A stretch of DNA of 64,000 nucleotides. It comes from Lytechinus pictus. Taxonomy: Eukaryota. The DNA is taken from NCBI RefSeq assembly GCF_037042905.1, contig NC_087250.1:24802001-24866000 (forward strand), read 5' to 3'. Positions 1 to 13,344 of this stretch are shown piece after piece. The position numbers and the translations under genes are program-made. The notes below the pieces were generated by a model. That model saw only the letters and a list, made by a program, of their open reading frames with translations. It was not told the origin of the DNA and ran no database searches. Position 1 is the first letter of the stretch; every line of letters starts with the position of its first letter.

Positions 1-338
1 TGATATTTCCTCTCATATATGTAAGTGTAATAGTTAATGCGAAATTATCAAAAATGTTCAAAAAGAATATAAATAAAAAATTTCGAAGGGTTGACAAGTC
101 AAATAAGCATGAACTGCATTGATAAAAATGATAACATGCAAGAGTTGATCATCTGATATGATTCATGTTTCATTTGAATCGATAATTTAGGAAAAGATAC
201 ATTATGGTATCATCAAAGTAGATATTACAAAAGATTAACTTAGGTATTTCAGTCGAATATATAATGTCAAATGATTACAATAAAAAGTTGATAAGAGTAC
301 ACCTATGTAATAGTAGGACCAATGGTTACTGGTGGCAG

Positions 339-3300
339 CAGTGGCGTAACTACGGGGGGGGGCATGGGGGGCACGTGCCCCCCCCCCCCCAATCGGCTGG
401 AAGAAAAAAAAAACCGGGGAAAAGGAGAAAACGAGGGAGAAAGGAAGAGAAACGTAGTGGGAAAGAAGAAATCATTGTCCATTATAATGCTATATTATAT
501 TATGTTATGTTATATTACATAATGTTATGTTATATTACACAAGAAACATTTTTTTTCATAACTATATGAAACATTATTTTGCTTAGGCCTATGTCTTCAT
601 TTTTTCTGGTGCTCGCATAGACTGTTTAACGAGATATATAATTTTGTTGTACTAAAACCTCCCGTTTTCAAGTCGATATACACCAAATATATTTCCTCGC
701 AATTCGATTTATTGTTGTTTGTACTGACATACAGCTGTATGCTTCTAACTACTTAAAGTGATTGCCCCATTTTAAGGTCTTAGTATAAAACATTTCCTGT
801 CCGTGCTTACGTTTGCATTAGTGGATTGGTGAGATGTCTGCTCTTCATGAGTTCCTAAAATCAGTCCTTAAAATGTGCATTTTTTCTGATCTGAATACCA
901 AAATTTTCAGCTCGGACTTCGCGCTCGCATCATTTGCTTAGTGAAATACATGCGGTCTTAGTGAATTCTTACAAACAAGCCTGAGAATGCCTCTCTTCAG
1001 GTCTGATTTTCCTAATTTTTAAGCTCGCGCTTCGCGCTCGCAGTATTTGATGAGTGAGATGCGTATAATCATGATTATAATGACTTCAAAAAGTGCTTCA
1101 TGTGTTTAAATGTAATTCTAAAAAAATCAGCAATCACTTGGCACTCGCATTAGATCACTATGGTTAGATATGTATACTCTTAATGGATTCCTAAAAATAG
1201 TCCTTAAAATATCCATGTTAGGGTCAATATATACACAAATTTCAGCTCGCGCTACGCGCTCGCATCATTTGGTTAGCGAAATACGTATGGTATTCATTAA
1301 TTCCAACAAACAAACCTCAAAATGCTGGTCTGACTTTCCTAAATTTTCAACTAGCGCTCGCAATAATTTATTAGTGAGATGCGTATGTTAATCATGATTA
1401 CAATGACTTCATGTATTTAGATGTAATTCTAACCAATTCTGGTGCTCGCATAGACTGTTTAACGAGATATATAATTCTGTTGTACTAAAACCTCCCGTTT
1501 TCAAGTCGATATACACCAAATATATTTCCTCGCAATTCGATTTATTGTTGTTTGTACTGACATACAGCTGTATGCTTCTAACTACTTAAAGTGATTGCCC
1601 CATTTTAAGGTCTTAGTATAAAACATTTCCTGTCCGTGCTTACGTTTGCATTAGTGGATTGGTGAGATGTCTGCTCTTCATGAGTTCCTAAAATCAGTCC
1701 TTAAAATGTGCATTTTTTCTGATCTGAATACCAAAATTTTCAGCTCGGACTTCGCGCTCGCATCATTTGCTTAGTGAAATACATGCGGTCTTAGTGAATT
1801 CTTACAAACAAGCCTGAGAATGCCTCTCTTCAGGTCTGATTTTCCTAATTTTTAAGCTCGCGCTTCGCGCTCGCAGTATTTGATGAGTGAGATGCGTATA
1901 ATCATGATTATAATGACTTCAAAAAGTGCTTCATGTGTTTAAATGTAATTCTAAAAAAATCAGCAATCACTTGGCACTCGCATTAGATCACTATGGTTAG
2001 ATATGTATACTCTTAATGGATTCCTAAAAATAGTCCTTAAAATATCCATGTTAGGGTCAATATATACACAAATTTCAGCTCGCGCTACGCGCTCGCATCA
2101 TTTGGTTAGCGAAATACGTATGGTATTCATTAATTCCAACAAACAAACCTCAAAATGCTGGTCTGACTTTCCTAAATTTTCAACTAGCGCTCGCAATAAT
2201 TTATTAGTGAGATGCGTATGTTAATCATGATTACAATGACTTCATGTATTTAGATGTAATTCTAACCAATTCTGGTGCTCGCATAGACTGTTTAACGAGA
2301 TATATAATTCTGTTGTACTAAAACCTCCCGTTTTCAAGTCGATATACACCAAATATATTTCCTCGCAATTCGATTTATTGTTGTTTGTACTGACATACAG
2401 CTGTATGCTTCTAACTACTTAAAGTGATTGCCCCATTTTAAGGTCTTAGTATAAAACATTTCCTGTCCGTGCTTACGTTTGCATTAGTGGATTGGTGAGA
2501 TGTCTGCTCTTCATGAGTTCCTAAAATCAGTCCTTAAAATGTGCATTTTTTCTGATCTGAATACCAAAATTTTCAGCTCGGACTTCGCGCTCGCATCATT
2601 TGCTTAGTGAAATACATGCGGTCTTAGTGAATTCTTACAAACAAGCCTGAGAATGCCTCTCTTCAGGTCTGATTTTCCTAATTTTTAAGCTCGCGCTTCG
2701 CGCTCGCAGTATTTGATGAGTGAGATGCGTATAATCATGATTATAATGACTTCAAAAAGTGCTTCATGTGTTTAAATGTAATTCTAAAAAAATCAGCAAT
2801 CACTTGGCACTCGCATTAGATCACTATGGTTAGATATGTATACTCTTAATGGATTCCTAAAAATAGTCCTTAAAATATCCATGTTAGGGTCAATATATAC
2901 ACAAATTTCAGCTCGCGCTACGCGCTCGCATCATTTGGTTAGCGAAATACGTATGGTATTCATTAATTCCAACAAACAAACCTCAAAATGCTGGTCTGAC
3001 TTTCCTAAATTTTCAACTAGCGCTCGCAATAATTTATTAGTGAGATGCGTATGTTAATCATGATTACAATGACTTCATGTATTTAGATGTAATTCTAACC
3101 AATTCTGGTGCTCGCATAGACTGTTTAACGAGATATATAATTCTGTTGTACTAAAACCTCCCGTTTTCAAGTCGATATACACCAAATATATTTCCTCGCA
3201 ATTCGATTTATTGTTGTTTGTACTGACATACAGCTGTATGCTTCTAACTACTTAAAGTGATTGCCCCATTTTAAGGTCTTAGTATAAAACATTTCCTGTC

Positions 3301-4285
3301 CGTGCTTACGTTTGCATTAGTGGATTGGTGAGATGTCTGCTCTTCATGAGTTCCTAAAATCAGTCCTTAAAATGTGCATTTTTTCTGATCTGAATACCAA
3401 AATTTTCAGCTCGGACTTCGCGCTCGCATCATTTGCTTAGTGAAATACATGCGGTCTTAGTGAATTCTTACAAACAAGCCTGAGAATGCCTCTCTTCAGG
3501 TCTGATTGTCCTATTTTTCAAGCTCGCGCTTCGCGCTCGCAGTATTTGATGAGTGAGATGCGTATAATCATGATTATAATGACTTCAAAAAGTGCTTCAT
3601 GTGTTTAGATGTAATTCTAACAAAATCAGCAATCACTTGGCACTCGCATTAGATCACTGTGGTTAGATATGTATATACGCGCTCGCATCATTTGGTTAGC
3701 GAAATACGTATGGTATTCATTAATTCCAACAAACAAACCTCAAAATGCTAGTCTGACTTTCCTAAATTTTCAACTAGCGCTTGCAAAAATTGATTAGTGA
3801 GATGCGTATGTTAATCATGATTACAATGACTTCATGTATTTAGATGTAATTCTAACCAAATCAGCCCCAAATCAGCAAAACATGACACTAGCATTACATG
3901 ACTATGGTGAGATATTTATACTCTTAATGGATTCCTAATATATAGTCCTTAAAATGTCCCTGTTTGGGGTCAGTATATACAAAATTTTCAGCTCGCGCTT
4001 CGCGCTCGCATTTTTGTTTAACGAGACAGGTACGTATATCATGACCGGGATCATGACTACAAAAAATTTGCTTATAATGTCCCTTTTTCGGTCTGAATAT
4101 CAAAAATGTTCAGCTCGCGCTTTGCGCTCGCATTATTTAACCAGTGAGATACATATCCGTTTAATGGCACTGCATGTCCGTAAAATGTCCATATTAGGTC
4201 AGTTTACCTGGTCACTAAGACTAGTGACTCGAATGTTTTGCTGGTGCCCCCCCCCCCCAATGCCGTGACCCACGGTACGCCACTG
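339..4285 (+). mobile_element. Non-autonomous hAT-like DNA transposon (CAGTGGCGTA family) carrying an internal 833-bp tandem array; lies in an intron of the ankyrin gene
   Basis: TIRs CAGTGGCGTA (339) and TACGCCACTG (ends 4285). Perfect 8-bp TSD GGTGGCAG at 331-338 and 4286-4293. Internal CAGCTCGCGCTTCGCGCTCGCA subrepeats are shared with other copies in the window. Confidence 0.9.
604..3858. repeat. Tandem array, 833-bp unit, about 4 copies (4th diverged and internally deleted)
   Basis: Unit start TTCTGGTGCTCGCATAGAC at 604, 1437, 2270 and 3103. An identical 73-aa ORF recurs at 1170, 2003 and 2836. Confidence 0.95.
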
Positions 4286-4435
4286 GGTGGCAGATAAAAA
4301 TACCAAGCCTTTTTGGAAGGATATTGTTTCCTTAATTACCCTAATTGTAAGTTTCATTCCGATAATATATCTGTCTCAATAACGTGTTATTATGTTGGGT
4401 TAACGATTGATGTGATGTTTAAGAAATGTTCTTAC

Positions 4436-4470
4436 CTCTTGTAGATTTTACCTCATCCAATGAAGATAAC
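4436..4470 (-). CDS. Ankyrin gene micro-exon (35 nt)
   Basis: Acceptor ttgcag|G, donor G|GTAAGA. Phase matches the previous exon. Confidence 0.7.
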
Positions 4471-7400
4471 CTGCAAGTAATCACAAACCAAAACCACTTT
4501 GTATATATTTTGTTTAATTAGTAGTATATGCCAGCTTTCCTCATTTGTAATTCTTTTTGGAAGTTAGAAGGATGAATGTAATCACACGTAAAGGATGTCA
4601 CTGCAAAATGAAATGAACAAATGTGTATATCTCCTGTGTTTCGAATGTGAACTTGAAATAAAATGAAAAGTTATTTTTTTGTTCTTCATATTTACACAAC
4701 GAAATATTCATTTGCACCCTAAATAGTGAAAGTGCTCTTACACCAAAAGAATACAAATCTACTCAGACTAACTTCACATTAATAATTCAGAAATCAGCAG
4801 CAATCCCGAGGGTTGGTAATTTCACCCCTACCTTTTTTTAGTTTGTGAAGAACATGGTGAATTTTGTCCATAAAACGTATTCCCAACTTTTCCACGTAAC
4901 GACGTATGATATAACAACATATGAAACAGTCACCTTGACAATATCATCTGCCTGACTAGTTCATCCTTGGCATAGTGGATCGGTAGGTTGCCTGTGTCGT
5001 CCTTTACATCTAGCTTGGCGCCATTCTCAATGAGATAAAACACCAAGGACTCATTAGGAGATAACCCGCCATTGTAGTACTCGTTGGATATCTGAAACAG
5101 AGAACAGCTTTCATTATTTACTTGGAAAGTACAACCTGCTTTTACATGGGAATATTTTGTTTCAATAAATGATTACGCTAGCCAATGCGAATACATTTGT
5201 AGTGTCCCCTACAATCACTCGATTGGTTAGCTACATATACATATTATAATAATGTTAACATTCTGGGTCGTAAGTCTATAGACGCCCGTCGCTGTAATGA
5301 AATGATAAAATGTTTCAAAGCAATTAGTTTGTTCCTTGGAAATAAATTTTGTTAACGTTAATGAAGGCATACTTTTCAGCAGAATGATCTTCTATCATTA
5401 AGAGAATTTAATTCAAAGCTACATGGTGAGTTGTAACCTTTGATATCTGGATTAAGAAAAGCTTTAGCCAGTTTTACAACCTATATTTTGATCATTTATG
5501 ATGTCTCCTAGAACACTTGTATAAGTCCTATCAATATTGCAAACAATGTTATGGAGCCCCGTTCCTTTGAATAAATCACCTCTCTGAGTGTATCAGTGTT
5601 TTGAACTATCACGTCGTTCTTGTAGCATAATCTGATAGCTTTATGAAGACAGGTCTGGCCGTCAGATGACTGTAAATTGAGATCACATCCATTGGATATC
5701 AACTTTTCGATGATAGCTGTATGACCATGTATTATAGCAAGATGGATGGGTGCTGTATCGTCCTGGATGGAAAGACAAATAATCTCCGTATAACTAAAGC
5801 AAAAACATTTTTGCGGGCTAATTTTCCAATGTCACTTCCCTGCCTACAGCTTTAACATTAATAAGCGTTAACATAGTAATGAATGGGTATTTCCAGTGCT
5901 CCATTTTTAGTTTCCATGGCATTTCTGATCATCTTGAAGGCTAAATACTAAGATAATCGTGTCTAGCCCATGTTTAATTTGTCCCGGCTCCTTTTGAAAT
6001 TTAGCATCTTTGTCTTAAATGATGGTGGGTAAGTTATAAGCTACAAAATAAATAATACAATCCTTTATCGAATGTACATTACAGAAATTAGTCCGAATAT
6101 AAATATAGAAATAGAACAATAAAGGAAAATTAAAGTACAGTTTATTTCCAAGAAAATTAAGTACCTTGGTATTCAACTTGTCTCGTGTTGCCTTATTCAC
6201 CTCAGCTCCATCACTGAGCAGATAGTCGGTGATATCAAGATGACCATGCATAACCGCAATGTGTAATGCAGTCGAACCAGTACCATCTCCTTTATTCACC
6301 TCAGCTCCTTTGCTAATCAGGTATTTAGTGATATCAAGATGACCATTCTGTACAGCGGTGTGTGAGACAGTCCGACCATCATTATCACCCTTATTTACCT
6401 CAGCTCCTTGACTGATCAGATACTTGATGACGTCAACATGACCATTGTAAGCAGCACTGTGTAATGAAGTCCAACCATCATCTCTACCCTTATTTACCTC
6501 AGCTCCTTGACTGATCAGATACTTGATGACGTCAACATGACCTTTCTTAGCAGCAATGTGTAATGCAGTCGAGCCATTATCATCCCCTTTATTGACCTCA
6601 GCTCCTTTACTGATCAGATACTTGATGACGTCAACATGACCATTGTAAGCAGCTCTGTGTAATGCAGTCCAACCATCATTATCTCCCTTATTAACCTCAG
6701 CTCCTTGACTGATCAGATACTTGATGACGTCAACATGACTATTGTCAGCAGCACTGTGTAATGCAGTCCAACCATCATCTCTTCCCTTATTAACCTCAGC
6801 ACCATGACTGATCAGATACTTGATGACGTCAACATGACCATTGTAAGCAGCACTGTCTAATGCAGTCAAACCATCATCTCTTCCCTTATTAACCTCAGCA
6901 CCATGACTGATCAGATACTTGATGACGTCAACGTGACCATTGTAAGCAGCACTGTGTAATGCAGTCCAACCACCATCTCTTCCCTTATTAACCTCAGCTC
7001 CTTGACTGATCAGATACTTGATGACGTCAACATGACCATTGTAAGCAGCACTGTCTAATGCAGTCAAACCATCATCTCTTCCCTTATTAACCTCAGCACC
7101 ATGACTGATCAGATATTTGATGACGTCAACATAACCATTGTAAGCAGCACTGTGTAATGCAGTCCAACCATCATCTCTACCCTTATTTACCTCAGCTCCT
7201 TGACTGATCAGATACTTGATGACGTCAATATGCCCTTTCTGAGCAGCACTGTGTAATGCAGTCCAACCATCATCTCTACCCTTATTTACCTCAGCTCCTT
7301 GACTGATCAGATACTTGATGACGTCAACATGACCATTGTAAGCAGCAATGTGTAATGCAGACCAACCATTATTATCTCCCTTATTAACCTCAGCTCCTTG

Positions 7401-7688
7401 ACTGATCAGATACTTGATGACGTCAACATGACCATTGTAAGCAGCACTGTGTAATGCAGTCCAACCATCATCTCTACCCTTATTTACCTCAGCTCCTTGA
7501 CTGATCAGATACTTGATGACGCCAACATCACCATTGTAAGCAGCATTTAACAACGCATTACTCTCCTTAATATCTGTTCTAGCACTGCTGACGTTTTCTG
7601 ATATACTTTCCTGAGTGTTTCCCAATACATTTTGTGCTGATGTGTTTTCCATTCTGATTTCTGACTTTCGATACTGCTTCAGCAACAT
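4436..7688 (-). CDS. Ankyrin-repeat protein gene (3'-partial; continues left of 4436)
   Basis: Spliced model 7688-6165, 5762-5580, 5091-4934, 4470-4436, all GT-AG with matching phases. It has 14 ankyrin repeats followed by ...NTK|DDTAPIHLAIIHGH...TLRE|ISNEYYNGGLSPNESLVFYLIENGAKLDVKDDTGNLPIHYAKDELVRQMILSR|LSSLDEVKSTR. From recall this resembles the echinoderm ankyrin(-ZU5-death) family. Confidence 0.9.
4934..5091 (-). CDS. Ankyrin gene exon
   Basis: Acceptor ctgtttcag|ATA, donor AG|GTGACT. Open frame ISNEYYNGG...QMILS. Confidence 0.85.
5580..5762 (-). CDS. Ankyrin gene exon
   Basis: Acceptor ttccatccag|GAC, donor GAG|GTGATT, 183 nt. Encodes ankyrin-like PIHLAIIHGHTAIIEKLISNGCDLN...GQTCLHKA. 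Confidence 0.85.
6165..7688 (-). CDS. Ankyrin gene, repeat-encoding exon (14 x 33 aa)
   Basis: ORF 6015..7688. Repeats of type WTALHSAAYNGHVDVIKYLISQGAEVNKGRDDG. Donor AAG|GTACTT after 6165. Confidence 0.92.
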
Positions 7689-8687
7689 AATAATCCCTCA
7701 CCACACCTCTAACTCTCGTCTGGATCAATTTTCCAAATGTAATTCACAATTTCTAAAAGCACCATTACTTTATAAAAATACCAGAAAAATCCTATCACCA
7801 TGCAGCAACACAGAGATGCCTATATTCCTCCTTTCTGCTTACCTGTTTGAAAATGTGCAGGCCAACTTGCTCGTTTAGAGCGCGATGTTGTAATTTACTC
7901 ACAATTGAGCTTTAGAATCATAAAGTAAATTTACATTGCAGATATCACAAATCTCATCTATGGTGAGATCTTTATGTAAACAAGGTTTTAACCGCTGTCA
8001 TAGACAGTGGACGAGGGGCTGAACCCCACCCCTATTTTCCCAAAAAGAGGAAGGGCTGAGGAGAAGAGGAAGATAAAAGATAGGAGGAACAAATTTGAAT
8101 AAAAGGGGATTGAAATGCTTACAAAGTAAATAATAATAATAATAATAATAAATCAGGTCAAATAAAACAAGAAATTTGCAGTTTTCATGGCCCTGGGAAG
8201 TGGGGAGTATTCCAAAAGATGTTATGGAAATCAAGTTGGTATGTTAACACGTACAATTTTGACGAATATAATATTCAAATCACCATTTAAATAATCTTTT
8301 TTTATTCATCTATTATTGTTAATTAATTGTTAATTACCTTCATTTTGGTTTGGAGAAATATTCCTTGTTTTCTTTATTTTTCTTATCATTTTTTCCAAAC
8401 CAGCACCCCCTCTTCGAAAATCATTCCCGGCCCGTGATTGCCTTGAGTGAGATCACTAGAGTAGGGATCGGGCAATCGGGGGGGGGGGGAGCTTGAATAA
8501 ATTCAATATTATTTATTTCTTCATTCATTTTTATTCGTAGTTTTAATAGCGGTGCAAGATTAAAAAAGTGTCTTATTTCTTGAAATATTTTGCATGACGT
8601 CAGAGGCGTTAATTGAGTTTAGCATTATTTATTTCGGTCGATAGACGGCCTTGAAAATTTACTATGCCAAGATCGACAAAAAATTAA

Positions 8688-9610
8688 AGGGGTAATCCAG
8701 TCTGAAGTAAATATGATTTGAACAGATAAAGAAAAATCAGACAAACAAAACACTAAACATTCGGTTAAAATCGGACAAAGAATAACCATCAACTTATGAC
8801 GTTTCAAAGATTTGCATTTTCCGGTGAAACAATTCTAGGCATATCTTCATGAATATTCAATTGGCAAATTGATGATGTTATATCCCCATTTGTTCTTTTG
8901 ATACGAAATTAGCTTAATTCAATTTTTTTCCTCTAAGAACTAAAAATTTGGATTGAAAACTTATTTAGTGCATTAAATATTCATTGCTGCAACTTACAGC
9001 ATAAGGGAGATATATTATTCACACATGTATGAAATTATGAAAAAACTAGAGCTTCTTAGACCTTCGTTACATACTTGTAACCATTAACGTTAAATCTATC
9101 ACATGCAACAAGTTTGTTTATAAAATGTTTTAAAACAAATGATCAAAATTGGACAAGGAGTAAAAATGTTATGAAAATTTAAAAATATATTATTTCGGTG
9201 AAATAGTTCTAGCTCTAGACTTATGCATTCCTTTATGAATTTAATTAGCAAACTAATGCAAAGATGTCTCAACTTGTTATTTTGTATTTTATTACATGAA
9301 ATTATGTTTGTTCTATTTTTTCCTCCAAGAGTATATTAATTGATACAAAAAGGGTGACATATCATTCACACATGTAGGGAAAAAAATGTAATAAGTATGA
9401 TTTCTTGTTTTAACTTAAGAAAAGTTAAAGGGGGATGTGACATTATAAGCCCATCTAATGAATATTATTCAAATGTGCATATAACTGTTTTTTTACAAAA
9501 TATTGCTAACCCCCCCCCCCCCCCGTTATCAGATTTTGATGAAATTTTAAGAATTAGCTCGTTGTATTTTAATATATTTAATGAGAATATTTTCAGCTCG
9601 GAGTGCCTAT
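8688..9610. mobile_element. Degenerate TTAA-flanked (Kolobok-like) MITE, related to 54167-54739
   Basis: Left end TTAA|AGGGGTAATCC. Internally symmetric motifs (aaaatcggac / ttttgatgaaatttt) are shared with the family. The right end is decayed. Confidence 0.55.
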
Positions 9611-9824
9611 TTTGATTGGTTAATTATGGACATTTTTTAAATCCCCCTCCAAACAAATGCTCATTTTGTCGGTCTTCTGATTTTAATTTTGATTTTTCGG
9701 AACTGTGCAAATGATATTGAAATTATAACTAGAAATGTATACTTTTTTTTTTAATTCAGAATATTTTTTTGCTGGGGGGGGGGGTTAATTTCTTCTTTTT
9801 TCTACCATCTGGTAGAGCTACATT

Positions 9825-11972
9825 TGTTTGTTTGTTTTATTTTTATTTCTGCGTTCACAATACATTATCATAAATATTTACATTGTTTGTAATATACAAA
9901 ATAATTCATAATGCATACAATATAAACATAATACATAATTTGAAGGAAAAAATGGTGTGGGCATATACTTCACATTTTGATAATAAAAAAGGAACATTAA
10001 CAAAATTTAAATGAACGCAGGAGACCGCCATCGTGAGCGGTTAAGCTTGTAATTGATGGCGGCCTCATAAAAAGGGTTCGTGACTATGATTGGTATAATT
10101 ACTGAACAAGTGGGTGCAATGCAGGTGCAGGTGCGGGTGCAGAAGATAGCTGTAGAATTAATATTTTTTATTTAATTTATAGTGGTAAATGAGGATTAAT
10201 TTGAAGGTTGGGATGAATAAGATCGAATGATATTTCTTTTAACAGTTGATTTTAAAGAGTATAAAGTGGAACAAGATTTAATATTTTCTGCAAGATTATT
10301 CAAAATGTCTGGACCATGATGTCGAATTGATTTAGAGGTAATTAACAGTCTGGGGTTTGTGAGATGAAAGTTTCCAGATGTACGAGTTGGGTAGGTATGG
10401 ACAGAACTATTGAACTTAAACATATCATCAAAAGACGAAGGGAGTAGGTTATTAATATACTTAAACATAATGATAGCTACTTGAAGAGTATACAAGTCGG
10501 CAACTTTTAGTGTTTTCTGTTTGAAAAATAATGGATCAGTGTGAGCCAAGTAATGAGATCCTGTACAAATGCGAACAACTCTCTTTTGTAATTTGAAAAT
10601 AGAAGTCAGCTTTGTTGAGCCACAATTAGCCCAAACAACGTTACAATAAGTAATATACGGGAGTACTAAGGAATTGTACAATAGGAATAAAGTTTTAAGA
10701 GGCAAAATAAATTTTAACTTAGAAATAATTCCAATGCTTCTCGAAATACACATTGTAATATGGTGCAGATGCTCATTCCAAGATAAAGCTTCATCTATCA
10801 TGATAACCCCTAAAAATTTAGAGTGAGTTTTCCGTTCTAATGATTTGCCGTCAATCTGTAGGTGAAATTGAGTGTTAGAAATATGAGAGTGATGTTTAAA
10901 ATATATGTAGTGAGTTTTTTGTGTGTTCAAAGATAATATGTTAGCTTTGAACCACTGTGATACTTTGTTTATTTCATGATTTAAAATATTGTATAACGAA
11001 GTAGGATTTGTATGAGAAAAAAAAAATATTTGTGTCGTCGGCGAATAATACAAAAGATAAAATGGATGATGTATTAATAATGTCATTGATATATAGTAAA
11101 AATAATAATGGGCCTAATATGGAGCCTTGAGGGACACCACAACGAACTAAAAGTGAGTCAGAGTCATAACCATTAAATGCGACGTATTGTTTTCGATTTC
11201 TTAAGTAATCTTTAAACCAAAGGAGGGATTGACCTCGTACGCCATAATAATTAAGTTTTGAGAGTAGAATGTCGTGATTAAGTGTATCAAATGCCTTACT
11301 AACGTCACAAAATATGCCAATGACATGTTCTTTATTTGCAATGGCGTTTGTAATTTTATCATAGATTTGGATTAAAGCCAAGTTTGTTGAGTAATTTTTC
11401 CTAAAGCCATATTGATTAGAATTTAGCAGATTGTGTTTGCTGATGAATTTATAAAGTCTGTTATATACTATTTTTTCTAAGATTTTTGATATAGTTGGGA
11501 GAAGAGAAATGGGGCGATAATTATTAATTTCATGAGGATTGTCTTTTTTGAAAATTGGATTTACTTTGGCGATTTTGAATAAGTCAGGAAATACTCCTTG
11601 TGATAATGATTTATTAAAAATGTTACTAAGAGGATTAGCAAGTGGGTGAATTATTTCTTTTAAAAGAGACATACTCATTCTATCATGTCCATGCGATTTT
11701 GAACTGTTAAGAGACCGTGTAATATTGATAATTTCAGTTGGGTCCGTAGGGTTAAAAAATATAGAGTGTGGATTAGGTTCGGGGAGATAGTCGGTAAAAC
11801 GCGCATTAGGGCTATTAATTTTGCTTGAAAGTTCGGGTCCGATATTTGTGAAAAATGAATTAAATGAATTTGCTTGAAGGGAAGAGTCAATTTTAAAACC
11901 GTTAAGAGTCATATCATCAGTAGGAGGGGAATCTGTTTTTGTTCCCATTACCTCTTTAATGATTTTCCAAGT
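9825..11972 (-). mobile_element. 5'-truncated non-LTR retrotransposon (CR1/L2-group, Crack-like) with reverse transcriptase
   Basis: ORFs 10974..11948 (YRPISLL, YGFR, SKAFD, GVPQGSILGPLLF, FADD) and 10196..11086 (RT C-terminus) are joined by a frameshift at an A10 run (11017-11026). The 3' UTR has stem-loops and an (AAAC)n tail. Candidate TSD TACATT at 9819-9824 and 11973-11978. Confidence 0.92.
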
Positions 11973-12211
11973 TACATTACATGAGGTTCCCCAACTTTTT
12001 ACACAAAATCATTCAATCTTGAAATAAAAATGGGCACTTTGTTGATTTATTTATATTTCAGAAAAAAAAATAGTATAAAAAATTATTATTTAATAGTTGT
12101 AAATGTTTTTTTATTAAAGTTTTTTCTTACGTAGTGTTTTTTTTTCCAAATAATCTTTAACCCTGAAGATTTGTTTACTAATTGGTCTCGTTCTATTTCG
12201 TTGTATTAAAG

Positions 12212-13185
12212 GCACATCATGGATCCACAGAGCAACTGTATTAGCATGATTATAGTGCAGTGAGGACAAGACATCTCAGAACAACATAAACATGGTATAG
12301 ACAGCAGCTCTTCAAGTAGTATTTCAAGACTCTGATATGGGTTTCACCAATACCACCGCTTCAGGTAACTTTCCATGTTTTATCTATACATATATATATA
12401 TATATATTCTATATGGAAAGAGTGTGCCAGTTTTTACCCTGTCATGTCAATTGTTACCGATTTCTCCACGAAGGCAGTTAATTGCCGTTTTGTAAGATAT
12501 TGTTTTATAATAAATTCTAAATGAAATCTAGACTCATGGAAATTGTAAAATAAAACAAATATAAAATGATGATGAACACCATAAAAATAAAAAAAAATAC
12601 AGAATTTGGACTAAGGATCAGAGAAAGCTATTTACAAGCGATTTTTAAAAATTAAACATTTGAATATGAACATCTTGTGATTTTTTGCGGGATTTTTGTT
12701 TAATCCAGCAATAATCTTATTTATTTTTAATAGAAACATATGAAATCAGGGAGTACTTCCAACTTTATAATAAATCAAGTAACATTTACACAAATCAAAA
12801 AATTGAAAAGTTAATGTATGATAAATATCTTGTTGTTGATAATGTTTATGATTCGTGAAGAAATGAGAAAGTAATGTGACTATTTTTTTTTATAAAACAG
12901 TAATATCGGTGAACTTTTCATTTGCATTCATCAATCATGCAGATTCGAGTCATCGGAACGTGGCATTTTTTAGACTGGACATGAAGAAAGCAAACAAAGC
13001 AGAGGAAGAAAAATTTCCCCTATTGGTGAACTCTGCTGACATACTCTCTCAGATGCTCCCAGTTTAGCTATCAACTGGACTTTCCAAGGAGAAGGAAGAG
13101 GACATATGGAAAGATCTTAGATGAGTACAAGGCAGATCTCTTGGCACCTCAGCCTCCCTGGTGGGGGAGGAAATGGAACAATAAA
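12212..13185 (+). pseudogene. Degenerate two-exon remnant resembling the C-terminus of a DNA-transposase-like (Sola/DUF7869-type) protein
   Basis: Exon-like blocks 12212-12364 (donor CAG|GTAACT) and from 12942 (acceptor catgcag). Mosaic translation with stops and frameshifts: QLFK*YFKTL/GFHQYHRFR|FESSERG...QMLPV*LSTGLSKEKEEDIWKDLR.../KADLLAPQP. Family assignment is from recalled motif similarity only. Confidence 0.35.
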
Positions 13186-13344
13186 ATACATGTTTCTCTT
13201 TGAATGAACAAACTCTATGAGTTTTTCGATAAAAAAACTTTAACTTAATTTGTACCGTTTGCTGATCCATTAGAAGGATGTCATTGTAGAAAGTTGAAAT
13301 GTGGTAAGTTTGCTGCTGTATCAAGAAGTGTGTGATAATGTTAA

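Noticed and set aside
1170..3057. Three identical 73-aa ORFs as a gene cluster
   Set aside because: They are by-products of the 833-bp tandem unit inside a non-coding MITE.
6015..6164. Hydrophobic C-terminal tail of the 557-aa ankyrin ORF
   Set aside because: Read-through into an intron past the AAG|GTACTT donor. Downstream exons continue the ankyrin pattern.
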